DNA of 64,000 nt from Eledone cirrhosa (GCA_964016885.1 OZ024749.1:5270001-5334000), one strand, 5' to 3'. Shown: positions 45,203 to 59,658, numbered from the stretch's first letter. Notes: generated by a model not told the origin, from the letters alone. Translations and numbers: made by a program.

Positions 45203-46200
45203 TTATACTTCTCTTAGGTCAGTGTTGTTTGTTTGGGTGTTGTTGTTGTTCCACTCATTCTTTCTGTTTAGCTTTGGTCTTCTAATTTCTATTTCACTGG
45301 CCTCTCTGATTTGCCTATCTGCTGGGTCATTCCCATGTTTAGAAATTATTCTAATTTCTATGTTGTCTATGTTACCGTCATGTTGTTGTCTAGCATGTTC
45401 GTATAGTACTGACCCGTTTTTTCGTCCTTTTAGTTCCCCCCAGTGTTGGTCTATCCTTTCACCTATGCTACGAGCTGTCTCACCTATGTATGTTGTTGTC
45501 ATGTTTCTGCAAGTACCCTCTGTACATCTTATGCTATAGACTACGTTTCTAGTTTTACAGTTTATCTGGGGGTTCACCTTACATATGATACACTTCCTAT
45601 TGGTACAGTGGGTTTTCTTAAAAGGGTAGGTTTTGCTGATCAGGGATTGTATGGTGGTTCCTGGCTTTTCTACCACCTTTATTTTTAAGTGGGTCTTTCT
45701 CAGGGCCTTTCTACACTGGTTAGCTAATTTCCCTCCAGGGGTGGCGTCCACAAACATGACACTCTGATATCTCTGGTTGTCGTACCATGATGTGGCCTTC
45801 GCTATCTTATGTCTAGTCCTATCTAAGCTATTCCATGATTTGCTCCTGTGTAGTGGGCAAATTCCTGTCATGTCCAGTTCTATGAGGGTCTTATACTTCT
45901 CCATGCCTCCTTCGTATACTCTGACTCTGTCTCTTTGGTTGTAGCCAGAGAACTGCATGCGGTTGATGAAGTGTTGGATGTGTCCTTCCATTTCTGTTGG
46001 GTCGCACATGCTGGACACATTCTTCATGACTCGTACCAAATCTGCGATCAGAATATTAAACTTAGCACTACTGGACATTGCTGAGTTTTTGAGTATCAGG
46101 TATTTGGAGGCCATGGGTTTAGCATAGTGTGAGTGGAGAATTTGGGCTCTCTCGTCTATAGTGTTAATCCAGAGTTCTGTTTCTAATACAGGTAGTCTAT
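45203..46200 (-). pseudogene. Inverted PLE arm: RT thumb + GIY-YIG, open frame
   Basis: 340-aa track ORF matching the C-terminal half of the plus arm, without its frameshift. Confidence 0.9.
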
Positions 46201-48270
46201 CACCAACACGAGCGAAGTTGCACAACTAACACACGATGGGAGAGAAAAAATCCTCAACGCTCACATGATGATGTGGACTGACATCCTAAAGCCAAGCAGA
46301 CGCACTGCCAACAACTTCCAGGCGTCTAACAATGGCATACCACCCTTGTATGGGCTCCGCAAGACCACAAGACAGTCGACGACCCGACAACAGGACCACC
46401 AACAAGACCCGTATGCGGAGCTAATATAGCTAGCAACTACAGGATCTCCTACTTCCTCTCAATCGTTATACGCCCCATAATCAAGATGTCCCCAGATGTA
46501 TGTGAAAGTACAGAGGACCTCCTCAGCAGAATCAGTGAGTGCAACAAAAATAGGAGCCTATCCAACTGCATAATAGGCAGCATGGATGTTGTGTCACTGT
46601 ACCCATCCATTAACATTGATTTTGCTGTGAAAAGATGTGTGGAGATGATCATTGAGAGTGAGGTGGAGTTTTGCGACGTCGACACAGACGAACTGGGCCT
46701 CCTACTTAGACTTACCTACGACACTGACCACCTAGACAGCCATGACCTTAGATGTTTCTACCCTAGTAGACCTATAAGAGGTAGACCCCCCACCATAACC
46801 TCAATGGCTAAAAAGACTCCCTTAGGAAGGTGGATTGGGTGGACCAAAGCCATACGGACACCCCCCCCCCCAAAAAAAAAACACTGATCAGGTAAGAAAA
46901 ATGGTCGCACATGCAATAGGGGCTAGTATCAAAACTACCCTAAAGGGCCACATATTTAAGTTCAATGAGAAAATCTACACCCAAAATGAGGGAGCAGCCA
47001 TCGGCGTCAGCATAGCTGGTGATGTTGCCAACCTTTTCATGGTATGGTGGGAAAGGAGACTTAAAGATCTCCTTAATGAAAGCACCATAGACCTCATCAT
47101 GTACTCTCGTTATGTAGACGATATCAATATAGTTATAAGAACACCCCCACTAGAGAGCACTAACAAGTTTGATTTAGAACGTAGCACGATGGAAAGCATC
47201 CCGCAGATAGCTAATTCCATACACCAGAGTATAACTGTAACTATAGACTTCCCTTCCAAACACCCTAACAATAGACTACCTGTATTAGACACAGAACTCT
47301 GGATTAACACTATAGACGAGAGAGCCCAAATTCTCCACTCACACTATGCTAAGCCCATGGCCTCCAAATACCTGATACTCAAAAACTCAACAATGTCCAG
47401 TAGTGCTAAGTTTAATATTCTGATCGCAGATTTGGTACGAGAGATGAAGAATGTATCCAGCATGTGCGACCCAACAGAAATGGAAGGACACATCCAACAC
47501 TTCATCAACCGCATGCAGTTCTCTGGCTACAACCAAAGAGACAGAGTCAGAGTATACGAAGGAGCCATGGAAAAGTATATGACCCTCATAGAACTGGACA
47601 TGAAAGGAATTTGCCCACTATACAGGAGCAAATCATGGAATAGCTTAGATAGGGTAGACATAAGATATGGAAGGCCACATCATGGTACGACAACCAGAGA
47701 TATCAGAGTGTCATGTTTGTGGACGCCACCCCTGGAGGGAAATTAGCTAACCAGTGTAGAAAGGCCCTGAGAAAGACCCACTTAAAAATAAAGGTGGTAC
47801 AAAAGCCAGGAACCACCATAAAATCCCTGATCAGCAAAGCCTACCCTTTTAAGAAAACTCACTGTACCAATAGGAAGTGTATCATATGTAAGGTGAACCC
47901 CCGGATAAACTGTAAAACTAGAAACGTAGTCTATAGCATAAGATGTACAGAGGGTACTTGCAGAAACATGACAACAACATACATAGGTGAGACAGCTCGT
48001 AGCATAGGTGAAAGGATAGACCAACACTGGGGGGAACTAAAAGGACGAAAAAACGGGTCAGTACTATACGAACATGCTAGACAACAACATGACGGTAACA
48101 TAGACAACATAGAAATTAGAATAATATCTAAACATAGGAATGACCCAGCAGATAGGCAAATCAGAGAGGCCAGTGAAATAGAAATTAGAAGACCAAAGCT
48201 AAACAGAAAGAATGAGTGGAACAACAACAACAACACCCAAACAAACAACATTGACCTAAGAGAAGTATAA
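46201..48270 (+). pseudogene. PLE RT/GIY-YIG ORF, 5'-truncated and frameshifted
   Basis: PPLYGLRK, PTRPVCG, GSMDVVSLYPSI, EGAAIG, YSRYVDD, Cys-rich linker CTNRKCIIC, GIY-YIG NVVYSIRC..YIGETARSIGERI..H, RQIREA..RPKLN. Frameshifts near the C/A homopolymers (46860-46880) and near 47655. Confidence 0.9.
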
Positions 48271-48550
48271 ATAAGTAAATAAAATTAAATAAAATAAGAT
48301 AAATAAATACATACACAAGCACAATAACAACAAGCACATAAACACACACTAGTCACCCAGCAGACACAACACTATAAACACTAGTCACACATCACACATA
48401 ACACTATACACACACGCAAACGCATGCGCAAAGAAGACAAAATAAAATAAGTTAAACAAACAAGCAAATAAATAAATAAATATATAGACAGACTGAATAA
48501 AAAAATGGCGTAGACATACAACACAACAGGAGGAACAATGAATATAACAC

Positions 48551-48588
48551 CACTGACGATGTTGCAGATGTGCAACGAAAGATTTATG
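48551..48588 (+). ncRNA. Hammerhead-like motif in PLE 3' region, weak stem I; mirror copy at 44885-44922 (-)
   Basis: ca CTGACGA t gttgca gatg tgcaac GAAA gatt TA tg; sense to the PLE ORF. Confidence 0.55.
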
Positions 48589-49358
48589 TAAATTATGTAA
48601 ACTATATATATATATATGTGTTTGTGTCTATATTGTATCTGTATTATTTTTGACCGCCGGTCAGTCAATGGCAACATTGAGGACCGAGTAAGTTAGATCG
48701 CAGATATAAAAGACAGCGAGAAGCGAAAACCAACCAAACAGTGAGTGTGTTCTGTTATTAATTCTGGCAATATTACGCAAATATGACCCTCCCCAAGTAT
48801 AACAATATATAGATATATATCTATATATATAAATATATATCTATATATATAAATATATATCTATATGTATATAAATATATATCTATATATATAAATATAT
48901 ATCTATATATATAAATATATATCTATATATATAAATATATATCTATATATATAAATATATATCTATATATATAAATATATATCTATATATATAAATATAT
49001 ATCTATATATATATAAATATATATCTATATATATATAAATATATATGTATATATATATAAATATATATCTATATATATATAAATATATATCTATATATAT
49101 ATAAACATATATCTATATATATATAAATATATATCTATATATATAAATATATATCTATATATATATAAATATATATCTATATATATATAAATATATATCT
49201 ATATATATAAATATATATCTATATATATAAATATATATCTATATATATATAAATATATATCTATATATATAAATATATCTATATATATATATAAATATAT
49301 ATCTATATATATAGAGAGTAAAACAAAGAATCCTTTAATACATCAAAAGTTTTTATTA

Positions 49359-49396
49359 GCCGACAATGTTTCATCCTATTAAGGACTCATCAGGGC
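49359..49396 (-). ncRNA. Type I hammerhead ribozyme
   Basis: Minus strand reads gcc CTGATGA gtcc ttaata ggat GAAA cattg TC ggc; canonical core and GUC site. Confidence 0.82.
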
Positions 49397-49659
49397 AATC
49401 AAAACAACAAGAAGTAATATCGGCAGATACAAGCCGGAAGCTCCGAAGAATATGGAGTGTACATACACTAAAGTCTTGCAAAAATATATAATAAAAATAA
49501 AAATAAAAATAATAAAAATATATAATAAGAATAACTAAGAATGTATATAACATTAAGAACCATATTACAAATATAGTCCAATATAGATATATATAAATAT
49601 ATATCTATATATATCTATATATATATAAATATATATCTATATATATATAAATATATATC

Positions 49660-49693
<34 letters not shown>

Positions 49694-49819
49694 AATATAT
49701 ATCTATATATATATATAAATATAATCTATATATATATACTCCAGTCCTGCAAACTGTAGAGTGCTTCTTATCCGATATCTGCATTGCTTTATTGTACTAC
49801 AATAAAACTCACCTCCCAC

Positions 49820-49890
<71 letters not shown>

Positions 49891-49929
49891 TAAATATAAA
49901 TATAAATATAGATATATATAAATATATAG

Positions 49930-50030
<101 letters not shown>

Positions 50031-50643
50031 AATATATATATAAATATATATATATATATTAGAAAGTGAGGTTTTTTTTACAAAATGAAAAATAACCGAG
50101 GTGTCCTACACGAGTGAAATTATAAAGAAAAAAGATGAAATCGAAAATGCAACTGGAATCTTATTTTTTTTTAAATACATATATTTATTTGGTTCCTTTA
50201 CCGGTTTCGCAGTTCTTCTGCTTTTCGAAAGTAGAGTTGAGATGGAGGGTCTGTGGGTTTTTTTTAACTTTATTTTTACTTCACATCCACCAGTGACCCC
50301 CGCCGCTGCTTTTTGTTTCACTTACTTTATATCTTCAGAATTTTACATATTTTACTTCCCCCTTTTCTTTCACTACCTGATATGACATGTCACTTGCGTT
50401 TTCAAACTCCAGATATATTCTGTTGTCCCTCATCCGCTTTTATGTATGTTTACTTGCGTATAATTTGTACTCATTTATTTATACGGCTGGTTTGTATATT
50501 GTATGTATGCGCATAAGTGTGCATATATGTGTATACGTCTTTGTATATGTATGCGAATGCATTCGTATGTGCGCGTGTATGTATATATGTCTGTGTGTTT
50601 ATGTGTGTTTTTATGTCTATGTTTTTTTACATACTTATATATA

Positions 50644-50676
<33 letters not shown>

Positions 50677-51503
50677 GTGTGTGTATAAATATATATGTAT
50701 ATATATATATATATATGGTCGCGTGCGTGCGTGTCATTAGATGTACATGTATGTATATATATATATGTGCTTCGTGTGTATATATGCGCGCAATGTGCTT
50801 CGTGTGTATGTATGTACGCATGTATGTGTTTTTGTCTGTCCGTATTTATATATATATATATATTTTTATATATATGTGTGTGTATGAACCTCTGTATATT
50901 TTCTATTGTTTCTAGTGTTACTTTATAATTGATAACCCCTCCCTCTTACTTTCTCTCTGATTTAATTTTTTTATTCTCATATATTTTTTCATTTTTTTTC
51001 ATTTTCATATTTGATATTTTTATATATGCATCGACCTTCAGCCTGACACTGCTTTGACTGATACACTCCCCCTTCCCTGTATATATCACATGCATGTATG
51101 TGGTTGCGGGTGTGTGTGTGTTTATACGCGTGATTTCATACTTGTATGTGTATATATTTCAATCCTTAGTCCCTGAGTCTGTATGTACGCTAACTCTATT
51201 ATCTTGCAATTTCTTATTTTAACATATAATTTATACGTATTTGTGGTCACACATACACTGATATGCTTGCCCTCGTGTATGTACTTACGCACACATTTTT
51301 TAACTATACACATGCATTTGTACATACACACATATGTACATTTGTAGGTGCATATAGACACATTTATACACATACCCTTACTATATTTCCTTATTTTATT
51401 TTTATATATCTCTTGCATTACTTTTATTGATATATTTTCTTTGCCCGTTAAACTTTGCCTTTCTTGAGGAGATTTTTCAAATAATTCACTATGTTTTAAA
51501 TTG

Positions 51504-51571
51504 CCTTGTCTAACGAACGAATGAAGACGTTTCTTGTATTCCTCTTATTCGGGAAACCTCTGGTAATAAGG
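51504..51571 (+). ncRNA. Decayed hammerhead (core CTAACGA)
   Basis: ccttgt ctaacga a cgaat..attcg g GAAA cc tct gg TA ataagg; 6-bp stem I. Confidence 0.55.
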
Positions 51572-51675
51572 TAATTATATTGTATTGTTTATTATACATT
51601 AAATTTAGCTCTGTAACTTATATAGAGCACTTTTCACTCCTATGACTTTTTTCATTTTCAACGGAAACTTCAATA

Positions 51676-51743
<68 letters not shown>

Positions 51744-51749
<6 letters not shown>

Positions 51750-52130
51750 TAGGAGGAATTCGAACTTTGTCTGATTTACTCGTTTTATTTACAATCCTCT
51801 AAAATTTATAATGGTATTATAATGAAATAGTATGATAGAATATTAAATGTTAAGTGTTAATTGAACAAGTACTTTCATGCTTTCGCAATCTTCAGGTTCA
51901 TAATGTGTGGTGACAGTCAAGTTTGCAATTCTCAACTGTTGAAGATTGCAAATTTGACTGTCACCACACATTATGAACCTGAAGATTGCGAAAGCATGAA
52001 AGTACTTGTTCAATTAACACTTAACATTTAATATTCTATCATACTATTTCATTATAATACCATTATACATTTTAGAGGATTGTAAATAAAACGAGTAAAT
52101 CAGACAAAGTTGGAATTCCTCTTATTAATA
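51744..52130. repeat. Fold-back inverted repeat (~190-bp arms) with one HHR per arm
   Basis: Arms meet at ~51935; flanked by (TA)n. Confidence 0.92.
51974..52012 (+). ncRNA. Type I hammerhead ribozyme; mirror copy at 51862-51900 (-)
   Basis: tgaac CTGAAGA t tgc gaaa gca t GAAA gtac TT gttca; AGTACT palindrome. Confidence 0.82.
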
Positions 52131-52178
52131 TAATCTTCTATACACAATCATACACACCCGTGTATATTTATCTATCTA

Positions 52179-52207
<29 letters not shown>

Positions 52208-52211
<4 letters not shown>

Positions 52212-52552
52212 TCTTTAGAGTGGTTTCGATCATTAGACTGTACCATGAAGGCGCACCATAGTGATTTCAGCGATGCTGTAAACTCCCCTACTTTTATTGA
52301 AGTACACATTTATAAACACACACTCACACACATACATATAAATAACAGACGAATGAAAATATCTCAGACCTAATACACTTAACGAGTAGGGAGGGGGGGG
52401 GGGGGGCGTGTCAAATCAGCCCAAGGCAACAATGTCACCGTTTGTCTTTCCAATGTCTAATACTATCTACCGGTAGCAAACCAGGACGAATATATTCAAA
52501 TATTATGGTTAACACTTTAGTGTTCAAACCGGCCAAAACCGGCCAGAATTCT
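52208..52552 (-). repeat. Inverted copy of 43454-43792
   Basis: Near-identical reverse complement. Confidence 0.92.
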
Positions 52553-53304
52553 TATACCTTTTTCTGTTGAAACTGGCTGTAACTGGTTGCTTAAACTGAT
52601 GTTAATGTATTGTTCTCAAAATAAATACTTTCAAAATCTCATAGATTCGATATTATGTGAGATAATTATGTGAGGTAAAGCCTTTACCATAAAAATATAA
52701 TAGCATATATAAAATAATGTGAAAGCTAAAGGGTTAAACAGTGAATCCTGTTGCTGCGTATTATCACCTGCTCACTCACTGAAAACAATGTTTGTCTGAT
52801 GATCCTTCCAGGGTGTAAGTGAAGTTCCAGAGTAAGACGAGTCATTGCTTAACAATAATATCTGAATATCTATCTATCTAGGGCGGGTAACATTCCCGAG
52901 ATAAATGAATATATATGAATATATATATCTGTGTGTGTGTGTGTGTGTCTGAGAAGTATGTTTGTTTGTGTATGGGTATATGTGTGAGTGTGTGTGTGTA
53001 TGTGGGAGTCTGTGAGATTGCGTATGTGTGTGAGAGTGTATATGTCTCAGTATATATATATGCGCGCGTGTATATGTGTGAATGTTTGTGTGTGTGCGTG
53101 TGTCTGCGTATGTGAGTGCATGTGTATATTAGTGAGTGTATGTGTATATATATATATGAGTGATGTGAATGAAGAATATATATTAGATAAAAAGTAACAT
53201 TTGAAAGAGTTGTAGATAATGGGAATATTTGATTTATACGAACTTCCAAGTAAAGAGATGAATTACGTAGACATATTTATATATCTTATGATGTAAATAT
53301 GTAT

Positions 53305-53368
<64 letters not shown>

Positions 53369-53378
53369 TTTCTCTACA

Positions 53379-53443
<65 letters not shown>

Positions 53444-53690
53444 ATATATGTGTAATATATATAGATGTAAATTATAATATCGTATATATTATATAATATG
53501 AATATACATCTATATATAACATAATATATATTTAATATAGTATGTATATATATATATAATAAAATATATATGTAATATATATATATATATATATATTTCA
53601 TATATATTAGTTTATATAATGTACAGTTACATGTAAATATATAGTGTATATTTATCATATATAAATATACATATATTATGATATAAATAG

Positions 53691-53778
<88 letters not shown>

Positions 53779-54212
53779 AATGAGTTATATGCTTTGTTGT
53801 TGATTATTGAACAGACTTATCTTCCCAACAGGTATGAAGCACTCTACAGTAAATATCATTTGGAGTATTATAATGCTGATAGTAATAAATGGAAAATATC
53901 ACTATAGCTTTATATTTATTTTATTCTACGAATTTCAAGGATACCAATTTATGGTATGCTTTCATCAGATAAAATATAATATTTGATGTATAAGATAGTG
54001 ACATAGCCATAATATAAACCTTTAACTTTGGCTTACATTGAACGTACACATGCGCACTGTAAGCCAAAGTTAAAGGTTTATATTTCAGCTATTGCGTTCA
54101 GAGATTGATCTTTTTTTTAGTTTCAGTAGATCCCGTTAAGGGTGAAAGCAGCGATTCTTTGCTTAAACTTTAATCTGTTATTTTAATAAATATGTATATA
54201 TATATATATATA

Positions 54213-54254
54213 TTGTCCTGACGAGGACTATCTGAGTTCGAAATACAACGACGA
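54213..54254 (+). ncRNA. Decayed hammerhead
   Basis: ttgtc CTGACGA ggac tatctga gttc GAAA tacaac gacga; cleavage triplet lost. Confidence 0.45.
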
Positions 54255-54386
54255 TTGTCCCCTTCCTCCTGCCGGGCACCGCCTGGTGGCGTTAGCTGCC
54301 AGTGTGTAATTCATAGCTATGGTTTTCTAAATGTTTATTTATAAACATATGGTAAATTTTTAGAAATAAGTAATTCAAATAAGCTA

Positions 54387-54478
<92 letters not shown>

Positions 54479-54634
54479 GGGATAACAGGTTATCGTTAGA
54501 GGCAGTCCACTTAGATCGATTGACGCATACTCAGGCGGGTAGCGAATTCTAGACCTACCAGATGAAAGAAACAATTGTCAGCAATGTGAATAAAGCCCTT
54601 ACTGTATAGCGAACCATGTCACTCTTTTTTCTTG

Positions 54635-54683
<49 letters not shown>

Positions 54684-54871
54684 TAATTTAATATATCAAC
54701 TAACATAAGCGCACAGATGCACGCCCATGCCAGCAAATACACAGGTTATGTCATAGTACCTAGGTGGTTCAATGCAGGAGAATGCAGAACAATAATATAA
54801 AGGACGTAAAATAAGAAAATATCTTTTTAAAAAAATTTTTAAAAAAAATTTTTTTACTTACTTAAATTTTC

Positions 54872-54953
54872 ACTCCAACTAATTAGTTTCTGCAATGGGA
54901 TAAAGACAGTTACGTAATCCAACTGTCGAGAATTCATTGCGTCATCAGGGAGT
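54872..54953 (-). ncRNA. Type I hammerhead ribozyme with extended stem II (copy 1)
   Basis: Minus strand reads actcc CTGATGA c gcaatg..[gacagtt..aactgtc hairpin]..cattgc a GAAA ctaattag TT ggagt. Confidence 0.78.
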
Positions 54954-55431
54954 CTATTCTCAGTTAAGTCTCCAGGCAATGCGCGGACACTGGCGGCTCA
55001 TATAAAAATAATAATAATTCGGTAGATCGAACAGCTTGCGAGGACTGGATTCTATGTACCGAAATTCTCACTGCTTCAAGTCAAATGGCCGATTCTAAAG
55101 AATCAATCACGTGACACAGAGGCTAGTTAGAAGGAATGGGATGGTAAGATGACTGACGCCTACTAACACCCCAAAAAAATTTTTTTTAGAAGTGGTTTTG
55201 ACAAGTTTGCTCGACAAATCAGTGATTTGGAGATAAATATAGATAATTTAATATATCAACTAACATAAGCGCACAGATGCACGCCCATGCCAGCAAATAC
55301 ACAGGTTATGTCATAGTACCTAGGTGGTTCAATGCAGGAGAATGCAGAACAATAATATAAAGGACGTAAAATAAGAAAATATCTTTTTAAAAAAATTTTT
55401 TAAAAAAATTTTTTTACTTACTTAAATTTTC

Positions 55432-55513
55432 ACTCCAACTAATTAGTTTCTGCAATGGGATAAAGACAGTTACGTAATCCAACTGTCGAGAATTCATTGC
55501 GTCATCAGGGAGT
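55432..55513 (-). ncRNA. Type I hammerhead ribozyme with extended stem II (copy 2, +560 bp)
   Basis: Same sequence as 54872-54953. Confidence 0.78.
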
Positions 55514-55987
55514 CTATTCTCAGTTAAGTCTCCAGGCAATGCGCGGACACTGGCGGCTCATATAAAAATAATAATAATTCGGTAGATCGAACAGCTTGCG
55601 AGGACTGGATTCTATGTACCGAAATTCTCACTGCTTCAAGTCAAATGGCCGATTCTAAAGAATCAATCACGTGACACAGAGGCTAGTTAGAAGGAATGGG
55701 ATGGTAAGATGACTGACGCCTACTAACACCCCAAACAAAATTTTTTTAGAAGTGGTTTTGACAAGTTTGCTCGACAAATCAGTGATTTGGAGATAAATAT
55801 AGATAATTTAATATATCAACTAACATAAGCGCACAGATGCACGCCCATGCCAGCAAATTCTCGACAGTTGGATTACGTAACTGTCTTTATCCCATTGCAG
55901 AAACTAATTAGTTGGAGTGAAAATTTAAGTAAGTAAAAAAATTTTTTTAAAAAATTTTTTTAAAAAGATATTTTCTTATTTTACGTC

Positions 55988-56072
<85 letters not shown>

Positions 56073-56846
56073 GAATCTTTCACCATATATTTTACTAAAG
56101 AAATTTTAGCCTGATAGTTTGGTTTAGAAACCACTAAGAAATGGAAAAAATGAGTATTGACGTACATGCATAACAATACGGGGAAAGTTTCTATTTGTGT
56201 ATATATAATAAAATGTTAAACTTTGCTTGAAGCTCTATATATGATGTACAACGTGGAAAGTGATAGAAGGCAAAACAATGCAAAATTGACTGTAACATTA
56301 ATTGTCATGTCTTCTATTATAATAATTCTATTCATATCTAGGATGCGTTATAAGAATATAAATAACATTACAAATGTACAGTGACAACAAATATAATACG
56401 TCATTAATGTGGATATAAGTTGTAGAGGTAACGTAAACGCAAATTAACTGGTAATCTTTGGTTTGTTGTTGTTCTTCTTTCTTCTGTCCAATATTTTGGA
56501 ACCTAAAAGTCCCTCTGCGGGGTTTAAGGAACTTTCAGAGGATAATATCCGATTTCCTCTCTTTGGGATTACATATTGATTTAAATTTCTTAAATTGTTT
56601 TCAAGCGCATTCTTATTTATATATTCTCCAGATGCCTTGAGAAAACATCACCAAATTTCAGCACCGAGCATATCAGCAAATCGAAATAACAGAAGCTTTA
56701 TTCTATTGTTATGTTGTTGTTTTTTTTGTTTTTTTTTTTATTGTCTGTTCAAATTGTAGCTGTTACGTAATGGTTAACACCGAAATAAATATAACAACGA
56801 CTGTGAATAAATGAAGTTAATTTTAACCTGTTGACTTACACTACAT

Positions 56847-56902
<56 letters not shown>

Positions 56903-56905
<3 letters not shown>

Positions 56906-57299
56906 CCAAAAAAGAGAAATAGGACGAAGGTAAACAGTTACAAACGGATTTAATCCACGTATTGACAATTGTTTCATCAGAATTTCAGTCCATTATTGCT
57001 ACACTATGTCATTTCAACTTTGTATTTTGAAAATTCGGATGTCACAGTATCTTTCTTGATTGCCTATTATGACATAGTGTAGCAATAATGCACTGAAATT
57101 CTAATTAAACAATTGTTAATACGTGGATTAAATCCTTTTGTAACTGTTTACCTTCGTCCTATTTCTCTTTTTTGATTACACTCCTCCTTTGTTCGTGTTT
57201 CCACCACAGAATCCCTACCAACCTGTTGAGTCACCTTAACGTATGTTGATAACTTTCCTCACAACTTGTTCTACCAAGCTTTGGAATATTCCTAATTAC

Positions 57300-57300
<1 letters not shown>
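56903..57300. repeat. Fold-back module between (TA)n tracts
   Basis: Arms 56903-57012 and 57068-57178; GAAACAATTGTC on the minus strand. Confidence 0.85.
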
Positions 57301-57370
<70 letters not shown>

Positions 57371-59501
57371 GTTGCAGATAATTAGGGTGTCTTTCTTCCA
57401 CCGCGATGATAATCTGGTTCACGCAGTGCAGAAAGCACTCCACGTCAGTTTTATATCTTCACCATTATATGTACCGATTAACCGTGACAGAATTTCCATT
57501 GACGAAATAGAGTTACGTTTATATGGTTATTTTATTGTATACTACATTTCAATGATATGAAGGCTAGAAATCATGTAATTATTACATCATTAATATGCGC
57601 CACCTGACATCATCAGATGTTCATACATTTACGTGATGTAGTTATGCTGGTATGTTAATATGCCGCTGGCAAGGCTTTACCGATAAATAAAGTAAAAATT
57701 CAATATTGAGAATTAATAATGAATCTCCTCTCCCTTTCTCCCTCTCATTCATTCTCACTCACACACTCTGTCTGAATCGCTCTCTTGATCTCTCTCTCAA
57801 TCTCTCTATCAATCTCTCTATATCTCTCTCTCGAAAATAGGCTTTGTTCTGACCTAGAAATCGCTGGACTTCATGAAGTTAGACCGCTTGTTACGATGGC
57901 ACTCCTATCCATGGATGGTTGAAATATCCATGTGTCAAATGTGAGCATATTTGAAATTACCTTAGGTCTGTTTTAGGTTTCTTTTCCTTCAAACTCATAT
58001 CATAATCAGTTTAAAATATAACCATCTTCAAGTCGATAAAATCAATTACATTTGTTGTTGATGTGTTTTATAATTAAGAATCCTCAGCAGTCCACTGAAT
58101 CACTGAATTCTGTAAATGAAAGTTATCCACCCGTGTCCAAATTCCTTCTATATCATTGTCTGATGTATCTTTTCATTTTGAAGATTGTTGGCTATGATTT
58201 CACCAAAATACTTTGGTAATTCAGGCAGAGTGAACGACTGATTATAGGCCCCATGTTTAGCAGGCATTGATACCAGTAATACAATTTGTTCATTTCAATT
58301 CAATATATCACACCAATCTCTACCATTTGTAGTCTGGTATCTAATTAGAAACCTAATATATGTTTATTTTAATTGCATTTTAAATCCAGATTTATTACAT
58401 CTTATTATATATATTTTTAACTGTCTCTGACACACCTTTCATTCTTTCTTTTCCTTTTGTAACATGCTTTACAAATGATAAAAACCTCAATTTGTGAACA
58501 CCTAAAATATCACTTGTCAAGTGTTTTACAGCACATCAACATCTCAGTAAATTTGGTTAGCTTAATTCGACGTCCATTAAAATAGTCAGCAAACTGTTGA
58601 TGTCGGAATAATTGCCTTCATTGACTGAATGCAAAACGAAGTGGCAACAACAACAGCAATAATACAAAAGAGAGAAAGGCACAAGGAATGAAGGAGGAGA
58701 TAACTGAAATTGGCTTTAGAGAAAAAATAGTGTCATGCTGTAAAAATCTAAATCTCGAAGGAAAGGAGGGGGAAAGCATTAAAATAAAGAATATTCAGAT
58801 GAGAGTCAAAGAGAACATTGTATTCAAATCTATAAAATTGTAGGAACAATTTAACAAAAAGTATAGCAATAAAAATAAAAATAATAACACGGTATTCATT
58901 TCATCAACCAGCATACTTGAAACAAAGATATTCATACAGAAAAAAACAACAAATTTCTTTTCAAATGTAACCAATTTGATTTTGAAATAATTTTGCTTCA
59001 TTCCTGTTTTATTTATATATTAATTTTTTGCTTAATTTCATGTTTTTTTTCTAACCATATCTTTTAATATTTGATTTAAATTTTGACATTTGATGATGGC
59101 TATATCTGATATAATAAGTCTCATTTACTCTTCGTACTAAGTTCAAATCATGGCAGTGCATTTTTAGAATTCCATTCCATTACTGCAGATTAAACTAGAT
59201 AGAATTCACGTTAGACAGGAACACATTCCCACACTTAACAGCAAAACTCTATTCTTTAAATGCATTGGAGATAATGACAAGAACGTTGGTGATACCTGTA
59301 TATTTATTTGTCATCCTTGTGTGTACCTATCGAGAGCATTTAATGTCCCGATCTCATGCTGACATATGTTGGAATAATTTTCACCAGATGAATCGAAGCG
59401 AGGATCTCACTCATTACAGTAAATATCATGGGTAGTTTCTATGGTAGCATGTCCTTGTATGAGTTGTATCGGTCATAATTGATAGCGTCGTTTCAGTATT
59501 A

Positions 59502-59532
<31 letters not shown>

Positions 59533-59658
59533 ATACAGAGAGATATAGATATATTTTGCAAGAGATGTCAACATGAATGGACCTGTTATTTTTATCTAAA
59601 GACATTTTTTCCATTTCCAACCCACCCATTCCCTTAATCTATTTTATTTCTTATTCTT

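Larger units (their letters stand above)
44609..48808. mobile_element. Penelope-like element (PLE) with inverted architecture: minus 3' arm 44609-46200, longer plus arm 46201-48808
   Basis: 44665-46200 is the reverse complement of 47271-48808. RT and GIY-YIG coding; both 3' ends abut the AT-rich 20-bp repeat. Confidence 0.93.
54680..55991 (-). mobile_element. Tandem 560-bp HHR-containing unit (2.1 copies) plus inverted terminal piece, bounded by (TA)n
   Basis: Near-identical units 54680-55239 and 55240-55799, partial unit 55800-55857, inverted segment ~55856-55991. Confidence 0.85.

Noticed and set aside
56446-56640. Start-less minus-strand open frame of ~64 codons
   Set aside because: No recognisable motif or supported splice partners; compatible with chance.
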